This document shows, one piece after another, positions 34,562 to 44,401 of a stretch of DNA of 64,000 bases. How positions within the stretch are numbered: position 1 is the first letter of the stretch; each line of letters begins with the position of its first letter. Below the pieces are notes generated by a model. It had not been told where the DNA came from and ran no database searches. It saw only the letters and a program-made list of their open reading frames with translations. Source of the DNA: Candidatus Bilamarchaeaceae archaeon (GTDB lineage Archaea > Micrarchaeota > Micrarchaeia > Anstonellales > Bilamarchaeaceae); assembly GCA_038870635.1 (NCBI GenBank), contig JAVZJR010000002.1:66792-130791 (forward strand). The letters are read 5' to 3'. Made by a program: the position numbers and the translations under genes.

Positions 34562-35392
34562 ATGGAAGGTGAACAACCTGTTTCTTGCGCATGTGTTGAA
34601 AGGCCAAATTGGTTTTTCTTTGTGCTTGTGCTGGTGGTTATGTTTGGCGGGTTTTACTTTTTATCTACAATAAAAACAATTTCGCCAACAAACATTTATG
34701 TTTCAACTAATGGGAGTGCAGTTGCAACAGAGCATAATACTATCTCGGTTTCTGGTAGTGCCAATGAGAAAGTGGAACCAAACATGCTTGTTGTAAATTA
34801 CTATGTGCAGACAAAAAGCGAAAGCGCAAAAGAAGCACAATCAAAAAATGCAGAAATTTCTAATGCGATAGTTTCTTCTCTTAAGGCTCTTGGTATTGGA
34901 GAAAAAGACATTAAAACAACTTCTTACAATGTTAATGTCAATCAAGAAAGCCATTATATATGCGATAACCAAAGTGGTAAATCTGACTGTTATTGGACTT
35001 ATGTTAACGTAGGCTACACTGCTACGCATACATTTACAGTAAATGTGTATGACTTGAATAAAGGCGGAGCTGTTGTTGATGCGATAGGTGCGGCAGGTGG
35101 AGAGGTCAGTGGCGTTTCTTTTGACTTAAAGCCTGAAACAAAAAAAGAAGTTTATGCGCGCTTGCTTTCATTGGCTGCAGCTGATGCAAAGAAAAAAGCA
35201 GATGCTATTGCGTCTGGTGCAGGAGTTTCTGTTGATAAACCGCTCTCTCTATCTGAATCATATTCCTATACTCCTATTTATTACCCGAAGGTTGCTTATG
35301 CTGATGCTCTATTAGAAGCTGCGCCTACACAACTATCCAGTGGGACAATAGATATTAGTGTTTCTGTTTCTGTTGTTTTTGAAATCAAATAA
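34562..35392 (+). CDS. SIMPL/DUF541-domain protein with N-terminal membrane anchor
   Basis: ISVSGSANEKVEPNMLVVNYYVQTKSESAKEAQSKNAEISNAIVSSLKALGIGEKDIKTTSYNV is the SIMPL pattern. A TM segment WFFFVLVLVVMFGGFYFL is present. The start is taken at ATG 34562. Confidence 0.7.
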   Translation: MEGEQPVSCACVERPNWFFFVLVLVVMFGGFYFLSTIKTISPTNIYVSTNGSAVATEHNTISVSGSANEKVEPNMLVVNYYVQTKSESAKEAQSKNAEISNAIVSSLKALGIGEKDIKTTSYNVNVNQESHYICDNQSGKSDCYWTYVNVGYTATHTFTVNVYDLNKGGAVVDAIGAAGGEVSGVSFDLKPETKKEVYARLLSLAAADAKKKADAIASGAGVSVDKPLSLSESYSYTPIYYPKVAYADALLEAAPTQLSSGTIDISVSVSVVFEIK

Positions 35393-35423
35393 TTTTTTAT
35401 TTTTTTATTTTTGTGATGATTTT

Positions 35424-35879
35424 ATGAAAGTTAAACCGATAATTATAGAAGATGAGAAAACAATTTTGAAATTGCGAAGTCTTGGTGGCGGCAATGAAGA
35501 AAACGGAAAGATTACTCTTCATCCATTAGAAGCAGCATTTTTTGCTAAATTGCGAGTTATAGAAGGAGATCCAAAGAAATTTCTTAAAATGAGCGGGAAG
35601 CTCGCAGATAAACTTTACGCGGTTCTTGAACTTCTTCGTGAGAATGGTTATATTGCAAAGCCTAGTTTTGATTCTGATATATTACGTGTTTATCGAAAGG
35701 GTTTTAGGCCAGGCGAGGATAGAACATTTTGTATTGTTAAGGTTGTGGATGGTAAATTGGATAAAAAGGAGATTTTAGATTTTGTTGAATTTGCAGGAAA
35801 ATTAAGAAAGGAAGCCGTTTTAGCTTTTGTTGAAAAAGAAATAACTTTCATAAAAATCTCAAAAACAACATTTTTATAA
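35424..35879 (+). CDS. tRNA-splicing endonuclease (EndA)-like protein
   Basis: 151 aa from ATG 35424. ITLHPLEAAFFAKLRVIEG is N-domain-like. ENGYIAKPSF..DILRVYRKG......FCIVKVV......L.FV.FAGKLRKEAVLAFV is catalytic-domain-like. The conserved His of the Y-H-K triad appears absent. Confidence 0.5.
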   Translation: MKVKPIIIEDEKTILKLRSLGGGNEENGKITLHPLEAAFFAKLRVIEGDPKKFLKMSGKLADKLYAVLELLRENGYIAKPSFDSDILRVYRKGFRPGEDRTFCIVKVVDGKLDKKEILDFVEFAGKLRKEAVLAFVEKEITFIKISKTTFL

Positions 35880-36054
35880 AAAGTTTTTATAATTTCTATA
35901 TTATATAATATATTGCGTAATTAGATAAAAATTCGATAAAAAGCGAATGTGTTTTTCGTTATCTGTCTTAAATTAAAATATTATTTATAAATTAGTTTTT
36001 ATATTTTTTAGAAATATTTTTAAATATTGCGCTTGACACTCTTTCAGAATATTT

Positions 36055-36184
36055 TTGAGAGAGATTGCGACATATCTCTCTCAAGCCCAAGAGAAAGATT
36101 TCTTTTGGGTTTATGGGGCCAAAAGCCCGAAAGGGCAAAAAAAGCCGCCGTTAATCATTATATATGGCCCTTATATAGGCGGCT
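36055..36184 (+). promoter_or_regulatory. GC-rich, hairpin-dense leader (or independent small RNA) upstream of the S-layer gene
   Basis: Four hairpins were found by hand. (1) 36055-36084, 11-bp stem TTGAGAGAGAT/ATCTCTCTCAA. (2) 36086-36109, 10-bp stem CCCAAGAGAA/TTCTTTTGGG with one G-T. (3) 36125-36136, GCCC-GAAA-GGGC. (4) 36143-36149 with 36178-36184, AGCCGCC/GGCGGCT, enclosing TATATA..TATATA. A GAGGTGA Shine-Dalgarno follows at 36189-36195. Confidence 0.5.
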
Positions 36185-36199
36185 ATTTGAGGTGAAAGA

Positions 36200-38974
36200 A
36201 TGAAAGTGAATTTGAAGAAAATCGGTGCCATTGTTGCAGGAGCAACAATTTTGGCAAGCACCGCGGCCTTCGGTGCACTTTGGTACGGAAACACCAAACT
36301 CGTTGACGAGAATGGTGTGCCAGTTGCCAAAGTAGTCGTCGGTGAAAAGGCAGCAGCATCAGATGGTGTGGGAGCTGCTTTGATAGCTTCCAGAATGATG
36401 GCTAGCGCCTATAAAACCGTCGAGTTAAAAGGCCAAGTTGTAGGAACAGCAACATGCACAGGTGGCGAGGGAAGCGGAAGCGGAACCTGCCCAATCTCTG
36501 ATGAGAAAGTAACATTAGAGATTAGCGTTCCAGGTGCAGTTGCAGAAGGAACATACACAATAAACACCTTGATCGGTGATTTCTTAAACAGAAGATTGCT
36601 TGACAGAAAAGCCAATAATGCTAGTGATACTGACGCAGCATATATAATAGGCGGAACAGATGTAAGTGAAAACGCAAACCCATTCACAAATGGTATAGGT
36701 GGGAATATTGGAGTTGGAGAAACTTTCCTTTATAGAGTAACTGGCTCTATGTTTTCACCATTGGCAACAGTTACAGTTAAAGATGACAACGCAGGAAAGA
36801 CCTACAAGGAAGAACAGAACATTTGGATAAAAGGAAAAGTCGAGTACTCTGACTCCGCAAACGAAGTTGTTGGCGAGCCATCATTTTTAGCTTACACACT
36901 TAAGTTCAGCGGCGCAGCAGATGACTTTGGTATTCCTGTATGTACTACTCCAAATGGACAAGACTATAATGCATGTTTGCCAGGTGGAAGCCAACCGAAC
37001 ATTGATTATGCAACGTCAACACACAAGGTTGCAGTTAAGTTTTTGGGTGAAGACTGGATAATAAGTGAAATGACTCCACCAGAAGGAGGGGGTAGTGAAA
37101 CTGAGATTTATTCAGGAGGTTCCATAAAATTAGCAAAAGAAGCAATATCTGGTTTAGTAAACCAAGGTGAATCACTTCCAGTGGACAATCTTAAGTTCCA
37201 CTTAGACGACTTGGAAGCACACGGCGATACAACCTCTGCTATTTTGTCTGTTCTTGATGCAAACGACAACATCTTAAAGAAAGACAAAGTAAACCCTGGT
37301 GAAACAAAAGAGTTTAACATAAATGGTAAACTCTACAGAGTGCACGTTTACAAAGTTGCTCCTGGTTATACTTTTGGTGCAAAATGGGCAGACATGGCAA
37401 TTTATGCAAAAGAATTGAAACTTGAAGACGGTCAAAAACTTGACCCAGACTATGACAACAACAAAGAATACCAAGTTATTCTTGGTTGGAAAGACAGAGG
37501 TGCAGATAATAGCACTGACCACTTAAGAACAATTATTCTATACGGTGATGACATTAGTGCTTTATCAAGCGGCGGAGACCAAAAAATGTCAAAAGGTGAC
37601 TACATACCAATTGTTCAAGACCCAGTTGCATGGAAACTTACCTATGCTGGTTTAGATATAACAAATGCTGACAGGAGTTCGCTTAAATTTACACTTGAAA
37701 GAACAACTGATTACGTAATATCCTCAACAAAAGGTCCATTGTCTGGCGGTGTAAGAGAACAATGTACTATATTCGCACCTTACGTTAAAGTAACAAGCGG
37801 AAAGAGTGGAAGCGTATTTGAATTGGATGGTATTGATGGTGACAACAATGCTACTTTGGCGGATAATGCCTTCTATGTTGCTACTAGTGGTGCCAACTGC
37901 ACCGACAGTGGTGATAAAACAGACGGTACTGTATTTATGAAATTGTCCCCAACAAGCCAATACTTCGGTTATTATCAATACGATGATGCTACACCTGAAT
38001 CTACTGTGGTTAGGTATAGCACAGCAGGTGATGGTGACACATCTTGGGATGTTGGTGGTGTAATAGAAATCGCTAAATACAATGATGCAATCACAGCTGG
38101 CCGATCATTTATGGGTGATAACCGTGGTGGTACTGGCCCGAGCTTTGGTACAGATAACTTAACCGAATCAGGTTCAGCAACAGACTTTTACTTTGCAATA
38201 TCTGAAAAAGCAGGTGTTGATACATCAAACAACTTTGCAGACTATATACTCTTTGGTCTTGACCTCAACGGTGCTTCATCAACATTCAACTATGATACCC
38301 AAACAAGTACAGGGAATTATATAACTAAGAAAGACTATGTGCTCTATAGGTATGCTGGTCCAGTAACCACAGGTATTAATACTGCTGAAGAAGGCTTTGT
38401 AACAGAAAGAGGCACTATATTCAATAGCATAGATGACACAACAGTAAGCTTCAGCATGGCAAACAAGCTTGCAAAGGCTCAATTCACATTGACCTCTAGC
38501 ACAGCAGGAGGCTCAACAGAAAGCACCTGCCAAGCAACATTGCCAGAGGGTGGTGAATACACCTGCAGCGGTGTTAAAGTTAAAGTAACCAAGATAGACG
38601 AAACAGTTGGTGCATGCTCTGCTTCTGGTGCATCAGCAACCTGCAAGCCAGACATGACTGGTGTAAGCGCAAAGGTTGTTGACGCAACTGGTGCAGAAGT
38701 AACAAAAGCATACATACCAGCTGCAAACGCATACAAGGGCTTGGTTATCCTTGACAGAGACGCAGCAGGCGTTAACACCTTGATATCCGTCGGTGGTGAC
38801 AAGGTCAACTCAGTTACTGCATCTCTTCTTGAGAGCTCTCCAGTTGAATGGACTCCTGGCACAAAGATAGTGAAGGAAGTCGTTCAAGGCTCCAAGATAG
38901 TTGTTGCTGGTACTGAGGCAGAAGACACCCTTGCAGCAGTCAGCGACTTCATTGCAGCAGTTAAAGAGGCGTAA
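36200..38974 (+). CDS. S-layer protein (Methanococcales-type S_layer_MJ family)
   Basis: 924 aa. LKKIGAIVAGATILASTAAFG is the signal typical of this family. The protein is T/G/A/D-rich and low in Cys. The C-terminus is ..KIVVAGTEAEDTLAAVSDFIAAVKEA. The gene is clearly GC-richer than its surroundings and is followed by strong T-tracts. Confidence 0.8.
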   Translation: MKVNLKKIGAIVAGATILASTAAFGALWYGNTKLVDENGVPVAKVVVGEKAAASDGVGAALIASRMMASAYKTVELKGQVVGTATCTGGEGSGSGTCPISDEKVTLEISVPGAVAEGTYTINTLIGDFLNRRLLDRKANNASDTDAAYIIGGTDVSENANPFTNGIGGNIGVGETFLYRVTGSMFSPLATVTVKDDNAGKTYKEEQNIWIKGKVEYSDSANEVVGEPSFLAYTLKFSGAADDFGIPVCTTPNGQDYNACLPGGSQPNIDYATSTHKVAVKFLGEDWIISEMTPPEGGGSETEIYSGGSIKLAKEAISGLVNQGESLPVDNLKFHLDDLEAHGDTTSAILSVLDANDNILKKDKVNPGETKEFNINGKLYRVHVYKVAPGYTFGAKWADMAIYAKELKLEDGQKLDPDYDNNKEYQVILGWKDRGADNSTDHLRTIILYGDDISALSSGGDQKMSKGDYIPIVQDPVAWKLTYAGLDITNADRSSLKFTLERTTDYVISSTKGPLSGGVREQCTIFAPYVKVTSGKSGSVFELDGIDGDNNATLADNAFYVATSGANCTDSGDKTDGTVFMKLSPTSQYFGYYQYDDATPESTVVRYSTAGDGDTSWDVGGVIEIAKYNDAITAGRSFMGDNRGGTGPSFGTDNLTESGSATDFYFAISEKAGVDTSNNFADYILFGLDLNGASSTFNYDTQTSTGNYITKKDYVLYRYAGPVTTGINTAEEGFVTERGTIFNSIDDTTVSFSMANKLAKAQFTLTSSTAGGSTESTCQATLPEGGEYTCSGVKVKVTKIDETVGACSASGASATCKPDMTGVSAKVVDATGAEVTKAYIPAANAYKGLVILDRDAAGVNTLISVGGDKVNSVTASLLESSPVEWTPGTKIVKEVVQGSKIVVAGTEAEDTLAAVSDFIAAVKEA

Positions 38975-38978
38975 TTGC

Positions 38979-39010
38979 CTTCTTTTCTTTTTTTCTTTTT
39001 TTATTTTTGT
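38979..39010 (+). terminator. Oligo-T archaeal terminator after the S-layer gene
   Basis: cttcttttctttttttctttttttatttttg: several T5-T7 runs directly after the TAA stop. Confidence 0.6.
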
Positions 39011-39147
39011 TCTAATTCTGTGTTTTTATAAATCCCTAAATTCGAATTAGTTTTTTAGATGGAGTCTCGAACTATTTTTGTGCAATAAAAAAAGGAGTTT
39101 GTTTTATTTTGCTTACTAAATATAAAAACTAAAAAAAGAAAAGTTAG

Positions 39148-39747
39148 TTATTTTTGTAGAGTAGGTTCTTCTGCACGCGCTTTTGCTGCAGCTTTTCCGT
39201 GCTCTTTTGCAAGTTTCTTTCTTAATGCTTCTCTTCTTCTCTTTTTATTCATTCTGTCTGTTTTTGATGGTCTGCCTTTTTTGCCTGCTGATGTTAGGCC
39301 TCTAAAAGCACGCCCGCGATTGTTAAGGGCGCTTATCTTTACTATTGTTGGGTCTGCGAGTATAACTTCGTAATAACTATGATTACCATCATCGCCAACC
39401 CAATAGCTGTTTAAAACTTCCATATTTTTATAAACGCGAGCAACTCTTTGCTCTGCTATTCTTTGATAGGAAATGCCAGGAGAAGTATATCGATAGTAAT
39501 TCTTCGGTTTTCTTCCGCCCATTGGTTTTGGCCTTTTTCTTGAACCTCTTTTCACCTTTGCCCTTACTACTGCATAACCTTTTTTTGCCTTGTACCCAAG
39601 CGTTCTTGCTCTGCTTATATTAGTTGGTCTTTCTATTCTTTCAATAGGCGGGCTTCTTCGCCATTTTATCAAGCGATTTCTATATTCTTCATCTCTTTCT
39701 TTATACTCCTTTTGAAAAGTTTCACTGATGTATTTGTATGCTCCCAT
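39148..39747 (-). CDS. rpl15e: Ribosomal protein eL15
   Basis: MGAYKYISETFQKEY...WRRSPPIERIERPTNISRARTLGYKAKKGYAVVRAKVKRG is the L15e signature. Confidence 0.9.
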   Translation of the reverse strand: MGAYKYISETFQKEYKERDEEYRNRLIKWRRSPPIERIERPTNISRARTLGYKAKKGYAVVRAKVKRGSRKRPKPMGGRKPKNYYRYTSPGISYQRIAEQRVARVYKNMEVLNSYWVGDDGNHSYYEVILADPTIVKISALNNRGRAFRGLTSAGKKGRPSKTDRMNKKRRREALRKKLAKEHGKAAAKARAEEPTLQK

Positions 39748-39872
39748 AAAAACACCATAAATCGTGTTAGTTATTTTTGTCTTACATCTTTTTAAATGTT
39801 TTTAATCTTGCAGAAGAAACATTTTTAAATTATTTTGTTTTTTATATGCACACAGCTTGTTTTGGTGTTCTT

Positions 39873-40202
39873 ATGGAGAAACATTCTGATCAGTTAGCAT
39901 TAATGAAGAGCATTAAAGAAATAAGAGAAGTAGAAGAAAAACGTGAAAGGCTGATTTTATCTGCAAAAGAAGAAGGGGAAAAAATACTGCGTGAAGCAAA
40001 AGAAAAAATAGCTACGGAAAGGGCCAAAATGGAAGAGGAATTAGTTAATTATAAAAATGAAGAGTTAAAGAAGGGGAGAGCAGATATAGAACGGCAAGTA
40101 GAAGAAGTTTTAGCAAAGGCTAAAAAAGAAGCAGAGGTACTCAAAAAGAAAAAAGTTGATAAGAACAAGTTAGAGAAAATCGCACTTTCAGTTTTTGAGT
40201 GA
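39873..40202 (+). CDS. atpH: A-type ATP synthase subunit H
   Basis: 109-aa E/K-rich coiled-coil protein from ATG 39873, first gene of the atp operon. The ORF-track start at 39777 adds an implausible extension. Confidence 0.75.
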   Translation: MEKHSDQLALMKSIKEIREVEEKRERLILSAKEEGEKILREAKEKIATERAKMEEELVNYKNEELKKGRADIERQVEEVLAKAKKEAEVLKKKKVDKNKLEKIALSVFE

Positions 40203-40210
40203 GGGGTTTA

Positions 40211-42106
40211 ATGTTAAAGCCTGCAAAGATGCGAAAAATTAGAATATTCGCACTTTCGTCTAGTATAGAGAATATAATAAAGAGACTGCATGAACTTGGT
40301 GTTGTTGAGATAAGAAAGTTTAAGGCAGAAGGGCTTGAAGAAGGAAGACCGCTCGAATCTTTTGACCAAATATCAGAAAAATTGCTTAAGGTTCGTTCGC
40401 TTGCCAATGCGCTTAAACTTTCTGGCGATGGAGAAAACCAAGAAAGAAGTTTGTCTTCTCTTTTTGATGAAGCAGAATTTTTGGTTAAGACAATAGGAAA
40501 TAAAGTTGATTCACTGATTGCGAAAAAATCAAATAACGACGAGGAAATCCGACGTATTAAAACAGATATCCAAACAGTGGAAAAACTTTTACCATTTGAG
40601 ATTGATTTCCAAAAGATAAGCACAAATGCTATTTCTTATGTTGTTGGTGAAATCGACCGATCAAAAATAGAAAAATTGCGCGCAGTAATATCGCAAGTTT
40701 GCGATTCTTTTGAAATTTTAGAAGGAAAATCCACAAAAGGTTTGGTTCCTCTTTTAGTTGTATTTAAAAAAGGCGCACCTGTTGAAGCTGCTCTTGCTTC
40801 CGTAAACTTCAATACAATAGAAGTGCCAAAAGACACAACCGTTCCGGCAACCACCCTTAAAATACTTAAAGAAAAGTTAGAAAATATAATAAGCGAAAAC
40901 AAGATGGTAGAAAAAGAACTTGTCGAAATTTCAAAAAATGAAGGAAAAAGAATACTCAACTTACTTACCGAACTCTCAATACACGCAGACCGCGCAGTTA
41001 TTGCTTCTAAATTCGCAAAATCAAAAACAGTTTTTGTAATAGAAGGTTTTATCAAGGAAGCAGATTATCCATTTTTAGTTAAGGAAATAGAAAAAATGAA
41101 AGAACAAGCAGTACTTCAAGAAGCATCAATTGGTCATGATGAGAAAGTGCCAACTGTTTTAGAAAATCCCTCTTATGCTTCTCCTTTTGAGTTTGTTACA
41201 AAAGAGTATTCCTTGCCAAATTATTTTGAATTTGACCCAACGATGCTTTACCTTATAACATTGCCAATTTTGTACGCCATGATAGTTGGTGATGTTGTTT
41301 ATGGCGTTTTGTCTATATTCATAGCAAAATTCTTTTTAGATAAATTTAAAAACAGCTATATAATGCAGAATGTTTGCAAGCTTTGGCTTTATTCATCTAT
41401 ACCTACAATAATATTTGGTATTATTTTTAATGAATGGGGCGGGATGACGCTTGCGCAACTTGCGGCCTATCTTGCTAGTTGGGGTTTGCCTGATTTGTCT
41501 AGACAGTTAACATATGCTGGTTTGAGCCGTCTTCACGGTTTCTCACTCTTCTTAGGAGTTACCCTTCTTGCTGGTTTCTTGCATCTAGCGCTTGGTTTTA
41601 TACTTGGCGCATTAAAGAATTGGGAGCATCACAGAAAGCACGCTTATGCTAAAATCTCATGGCTTGGCGTAGAGATTGCAGGTACTATTCTTGTGTGTTC
41701 TTCTTTTCTTGGCTTGCTTCCCCAATCATTCGTCTTGCCTGCAGGCATAGTTTTTGCAATATCAGTAATAGGCCTATTTTGGACAGAAGGCATAGTTGGA
41801 ATATTTGAATTACCTGGTCTCGCAGGAAATATCCTTTCCTATGCACGAATTGCAGCTGTAGGTGTCGTAGGTGTTGTTCTCGCCGAGATTATAAATGAGT
41901 TTTTCTTACCTAGCACAGCTAATGGAATTATGGCATTAATTTTCTTTCCGATATTGATCGCCTTGCACGCAATTAACGCATTTATAGCAATGTTTGAAGC
42001 CTTGATACAAGGCGGCAGGCTTAATGTTATAGAATTTAAATCAAAGTTTGTTGATGGTGGCGGGGTTTTGTTCTCGCCTTTTAGTTTACGCTCAAAAAAG
42101 AGGTGA
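40211..42106 (+). CDS. atpI: A-type ATP synthase subunit I (membrane stator, a-subunit homolog)
   Basis: About 630 aa. Soluble N-terminal half, then a polytopic C-terminal half with LSYARIAAVGVV. Confidence 0.9.
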   Translation: MLKPAKMRKIRIFALSSSIENIIKRLHELGVVEIRKFKAEGLEEGRPLESFDQISEKLLKVRSLANALKLSGDGENQERSLSSLFDEAEFLVKTIGNKVDSLIAKKSNNDEEIRRIKTDIQTVEKLLPFEIDFQKISTNAISYVVGEIDRSKIEKLRAVISQVCDSFEILEGKSTKGLVPLLVVFKKGAPVEAALASVNFNTIEVPKDTTVPATTLKILKEKLENIISENKMVEKELVEISKNEGKRILNLLTELSIHADRAVIASKFAKSKTVFVIEGFIKEADYPFLVKEIEKMKEQAVLQEASIGHDEKVPTVLENPSYASPFEFVTKEYSLPNYFEFDPTMLYLITLPILYAMIVGDVVYGVLSIFIAKFFLDKFKNSYIMQNVCKLWLYSSIPTIIFGIIFNEWGGMTLAQLAAYLASWGLPDLSRQLTYAGLSRLHGFSLFLGVTLLAGFLHLALGFILGALKNWEHHRKHAYAKISWLGVEIAGTILVCSSFLGLLPQSFVLPAGIVFAISVIGLFWTEGIVGIFELPGLAGNILSYARIAAVGVVGVVLAEIINEFFLPSTANGIMALIFFPILIALHAINAFIAMFEALIQGGRLNVIEFKSKFVDGGGVLFSPFSLRSKKR

Positions 42107-42110
42107 AAAT

Positions 42111-42362
42111 ATGGTAGAAACAGCAGTTGCAGGTGGATTGACAACCGGTGCTGCAGCAGCACTTGGTGCAGGAATTGCTATGGGCGTGAGTGCTTTGGCG
42201 GCAGCTTGGTCCCAAGGTACTCTCGGTGCAGCAGCACTTGGTGTTGTGGCTGAAAGGCCAGAGTTTGAGAGCAAGGTCTTAATTTACGTTGTATTGCCTG
42301 AACTCTTGGCGCTCTTCGGTTTTGTCATAGCGTTCTTGCTTATAGGCTCTCTTGGTCATTAG
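42111..42362 (+). CDS. atpK: A-type ATP synthase subunit K (proteolipid c)
   Basis: 83 aa from ATG 42111 with AGGTGA Shine-Dalgarno. Two G/A-rich TM helices. Carboxylate in VVLPELLALFGF. Confidence 0.9.
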   Translation: MVETAVAGGLTTGAAAALGAGIAMGVSALAAAWSQGTLGAAALGVVAERPEFESKVLIYVVLPELLALFGFVIAFLLIGSLGH

Positions 42363-42385
42363 ATTTGCCCTTAATGGGTGGACTA

Positions 42386-42943
42386 ATGGGGTTGGAGAAG
42401 ATTACCTCCTCCCTTCTTAAAGAAGGAGAGGATGAAGCCCAGAAAATTCTAGAGAGCGCCAAATGGCACGTAAGCAAGATGATTGAGGAAGAGCGAGCAA
42501 AAGGAGAGCAACTTAAGGCAGGAGTGCAGAATGAAGTAAAGAAGTTGCTGGAAGAGCAGAGAAACGAACGATTGGCGTGGGCACGTTTAGAGGCAAAAAG
42601 AATAGCAGCAGAAGCTCGAGAAGATGCTATAAAAAAAGCATTAGATGAAATATACGAGCTTGCACCTTCTTTGCGCAAGACTGAAAAATATTCTTCTTAC
42701 TTATCCAAGAAAGTCAGTGCTGCAGTTGAAGAAGTTGGAGGCAAAGCAGTAGTTCATGTTGTTAAAGGAGATAAAAAATTACTGACAAAAATAAAGGTGC
42801 CTGTGGAAGAAGACCTAAATGCACTTGGCGGTGCAATAGTTGAAAGCGCTGATGGAAAGATGCGAGTGGACCTTCGCTTAGAGACTCTTTTTGAGATGCG
42901 CTCTGATGATATAAGGCGAAAGTTGGCAGAAGAGCTTTTTTAG
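42386..42943 (+). CDS. atpE: A-type ATP synthase subunit E
   Basis: MGLEKITSSLLKEGEDEAQKIL.. is a typical subunit E N-terminus. ATG 42374 or TTG 42365 are alternative starts. Confidence 0.85.
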   Translation: MGLEKITSSLLKEGEDEAQKILESAKWHVSKMIEEERAKGEQLKAGVQNEVKKLLEEQRNERLAWARLEAKRIAAEAREDAIKKALDEIYELAPSLRKTEKYSSYLSKKVSAAVEEVGGKAVVHVVKGDKKLLTKIKVPVEEDLNALGGAIVESADGKMRVDLRLETLFEMRSDDIRRKLAEELF

Positions 42944-42956
42944 GAAGTTGGTGTAA

Positions 42957-44048
42957 ATGAAATTTCCACAAATGAAGCTTGAGTCCAGAGCGTTAAAATA
43001 CGGCTATTCAAATGCCCGCGTAAGGGCAATGAAAGGTTTGCTTATTCGTGAGCAAGACCTGGATGAAATGGTGCATTTGAATAGCGTCTCTGCTATGCTT
43101 GAGCTTCTCCGTCGCACTCCTTACAAACAAGATGTAGAAAGTGCAGCGGCTTACTCTGGTTCAGATGCAGTAGAGATTGCAGCAGCTAAAAACTTTTCTC
43201 GTGTTGTATCAAAAATACTATCCTTTGCGCCAAAGGAAGACTTGCCAGTCATACGTGCTTTACTTAAGAAGTGGGATTTGCTGAGTATAAAAACAATAAT
43301 ACACGCAAAGCAGGCTGGTGTGCCATCAGAGAGAATACGTCCTTACTTATTTTCAGTTGGCGGGCTGAGCCAAGAAGACTTTGAACGACTTATACGTGCT
43401 AATGGAGATGAGCTTTTTGCAGAATTAAAAAAGACAGATATTGGAAAAGAAATGCTCTCTATTGGGACCGCGGCGTTTAGCGGCCATATGCGCGCTGTAT
43501 TTAATAACGCGCTAAAGAATATGAACTCTTTCTTGCAGGTTGAAAGCATATTGGATGCTTACATCTATCTCTTTATGGACAGTGGTCTCTCTTCTGTTCG
43601 CTCTAAAGAAGTTGAAGGAATAAGATTACTTTTGAAAAAAGAAATAGATGCTAAAAATATTATGATAATAGAGAGATTAAAGGCAAGAGGGTTCCAAAAA
43701 AACGAGATAGAAAAATATTTAATCAAAGGAGGAACGCTAAAACCCAGCGTAATAGAAAAGCTGTGTGAGTCTAAAGAAAAGCAAACAGTGCTTGCTTTCA
43801 TAAAGTCAAAATTCAGAGGAATAGAGATAAGCGACGATTATTCTTTATCGCAGCTAGAAATCGCTTTAGAGAAACAGCTCGCAGCTGAGAAACACGCACT
43901 TTTTGGTAAAAGTATGCTTTCTATAGGTGTGATATTGGGATTTCTTTTAGTAAAAGAGGAGGAGATGAACAATCTCAGAAAAATAGCAAAAGCAAAAGAA
44001 TTTGGCATAAGCGCGGATGAAGTGAAAAAAATGCTCGTGGTTGTTTAG
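42957..44048 (+). CDS. atpC: A-type ATP synthase subunit C
   Basis: 363 aa. YGYSNARVRAMKGLL is the N-terminus typical of subunit C (V-type d homolog). Confidence 0.85.
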   Translation: MKFPQMKLESRALKYGYSNARVRAMKGLLIREQDLDEMVHLNSVSAMLELLRRTPYKQDVESAAAYSGSDAVEIAAAKNFSRVVSKILSFAPKEDLPVIRALLKKWDLLSIKTIIHAKQAGVPSERIRPYLFSVGGLSQEDFERLIRANGDELFAELKKTDIGKEMLSIGTAAFSGHMRAVFNNALKNMNSFLQVESILDAYIYLFMDSGLSSVRSKEVEGIRLLLKKEIDAKNIMIIERLKARGFQKNEIEKYLIKGGTLKPSVIEKLCESKEKQTVLAFIKSKFRGIEISDDYSLSQLEIALEKQLAAEKHALFGKSMLSIGVILGFLLVKEEEMNNLRKIAKAKEFGISADEVKKMLVVV

Positions 44049-44061
44049 GTGATGTTTTTTT

Positions 44062-44382
44062 ATGAAAGCTAAAATTGTTGTTATCGGAGATATGCCTCTT
44101 GTCTCAGGTATGCGTCTTGCCGGTGTGGAAAACTGCTGGCTTGCAGATGAAAAAAATGTACAACAACTTATAGAAGAGGCTTTGCAGAAAAGAGAGTTTG
44201 GAGTAGTAGTAATTAATGAATATCTCTTAAACAAGATTGATTGGAGGTTGAAAAAGAAACTTGATAGTATTGCTTATCCGGTTATAATACCAATGCCGGA
44301 TTACTCTGGCGTGAGCGCAGAAGGAGAGGAAATAAGAAATATGATAAAACGCGCTCTTGGTTTTGATCTTGGAAAGAAATAA
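44062..44382 (+). CDS. atpF: A-type ATP synthase subunit F
   Basis: 106 aa. [19 protein letters not shown] pattern, in the expected operon position. Confidence 0.85.
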   Translation: MKAKIVVIGDMPLVSGMRLAGVENCWLADEKNVQQLIEEALQKREFGVVVINEYLLNKIDWRLKKKLDSIAYPVIIPMPDYSGVSAEGEEIRNMIKRALGFDLGKK

Positions 44383-44401
44383 TTTTTATGAGGTGTTAAT
44401 A

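Noticed and set aside
36143-36184. S-layer leader hairpin as an H/ACA guide RNA
   Set aside because: No ACA box follows the basal stem (the sequence is ATTTGA). No K-turn or pseudouridylation-pocket layout is evident.
39794-39824. 8-bp inverted repeat AAATGTTT-N15-AAACATTT between rpl15e and the atp operon as a regulator site
   Set aside because: A short AT-only repeat in an AT-rich spacer is expected by chance. There is no extension of the pairing.
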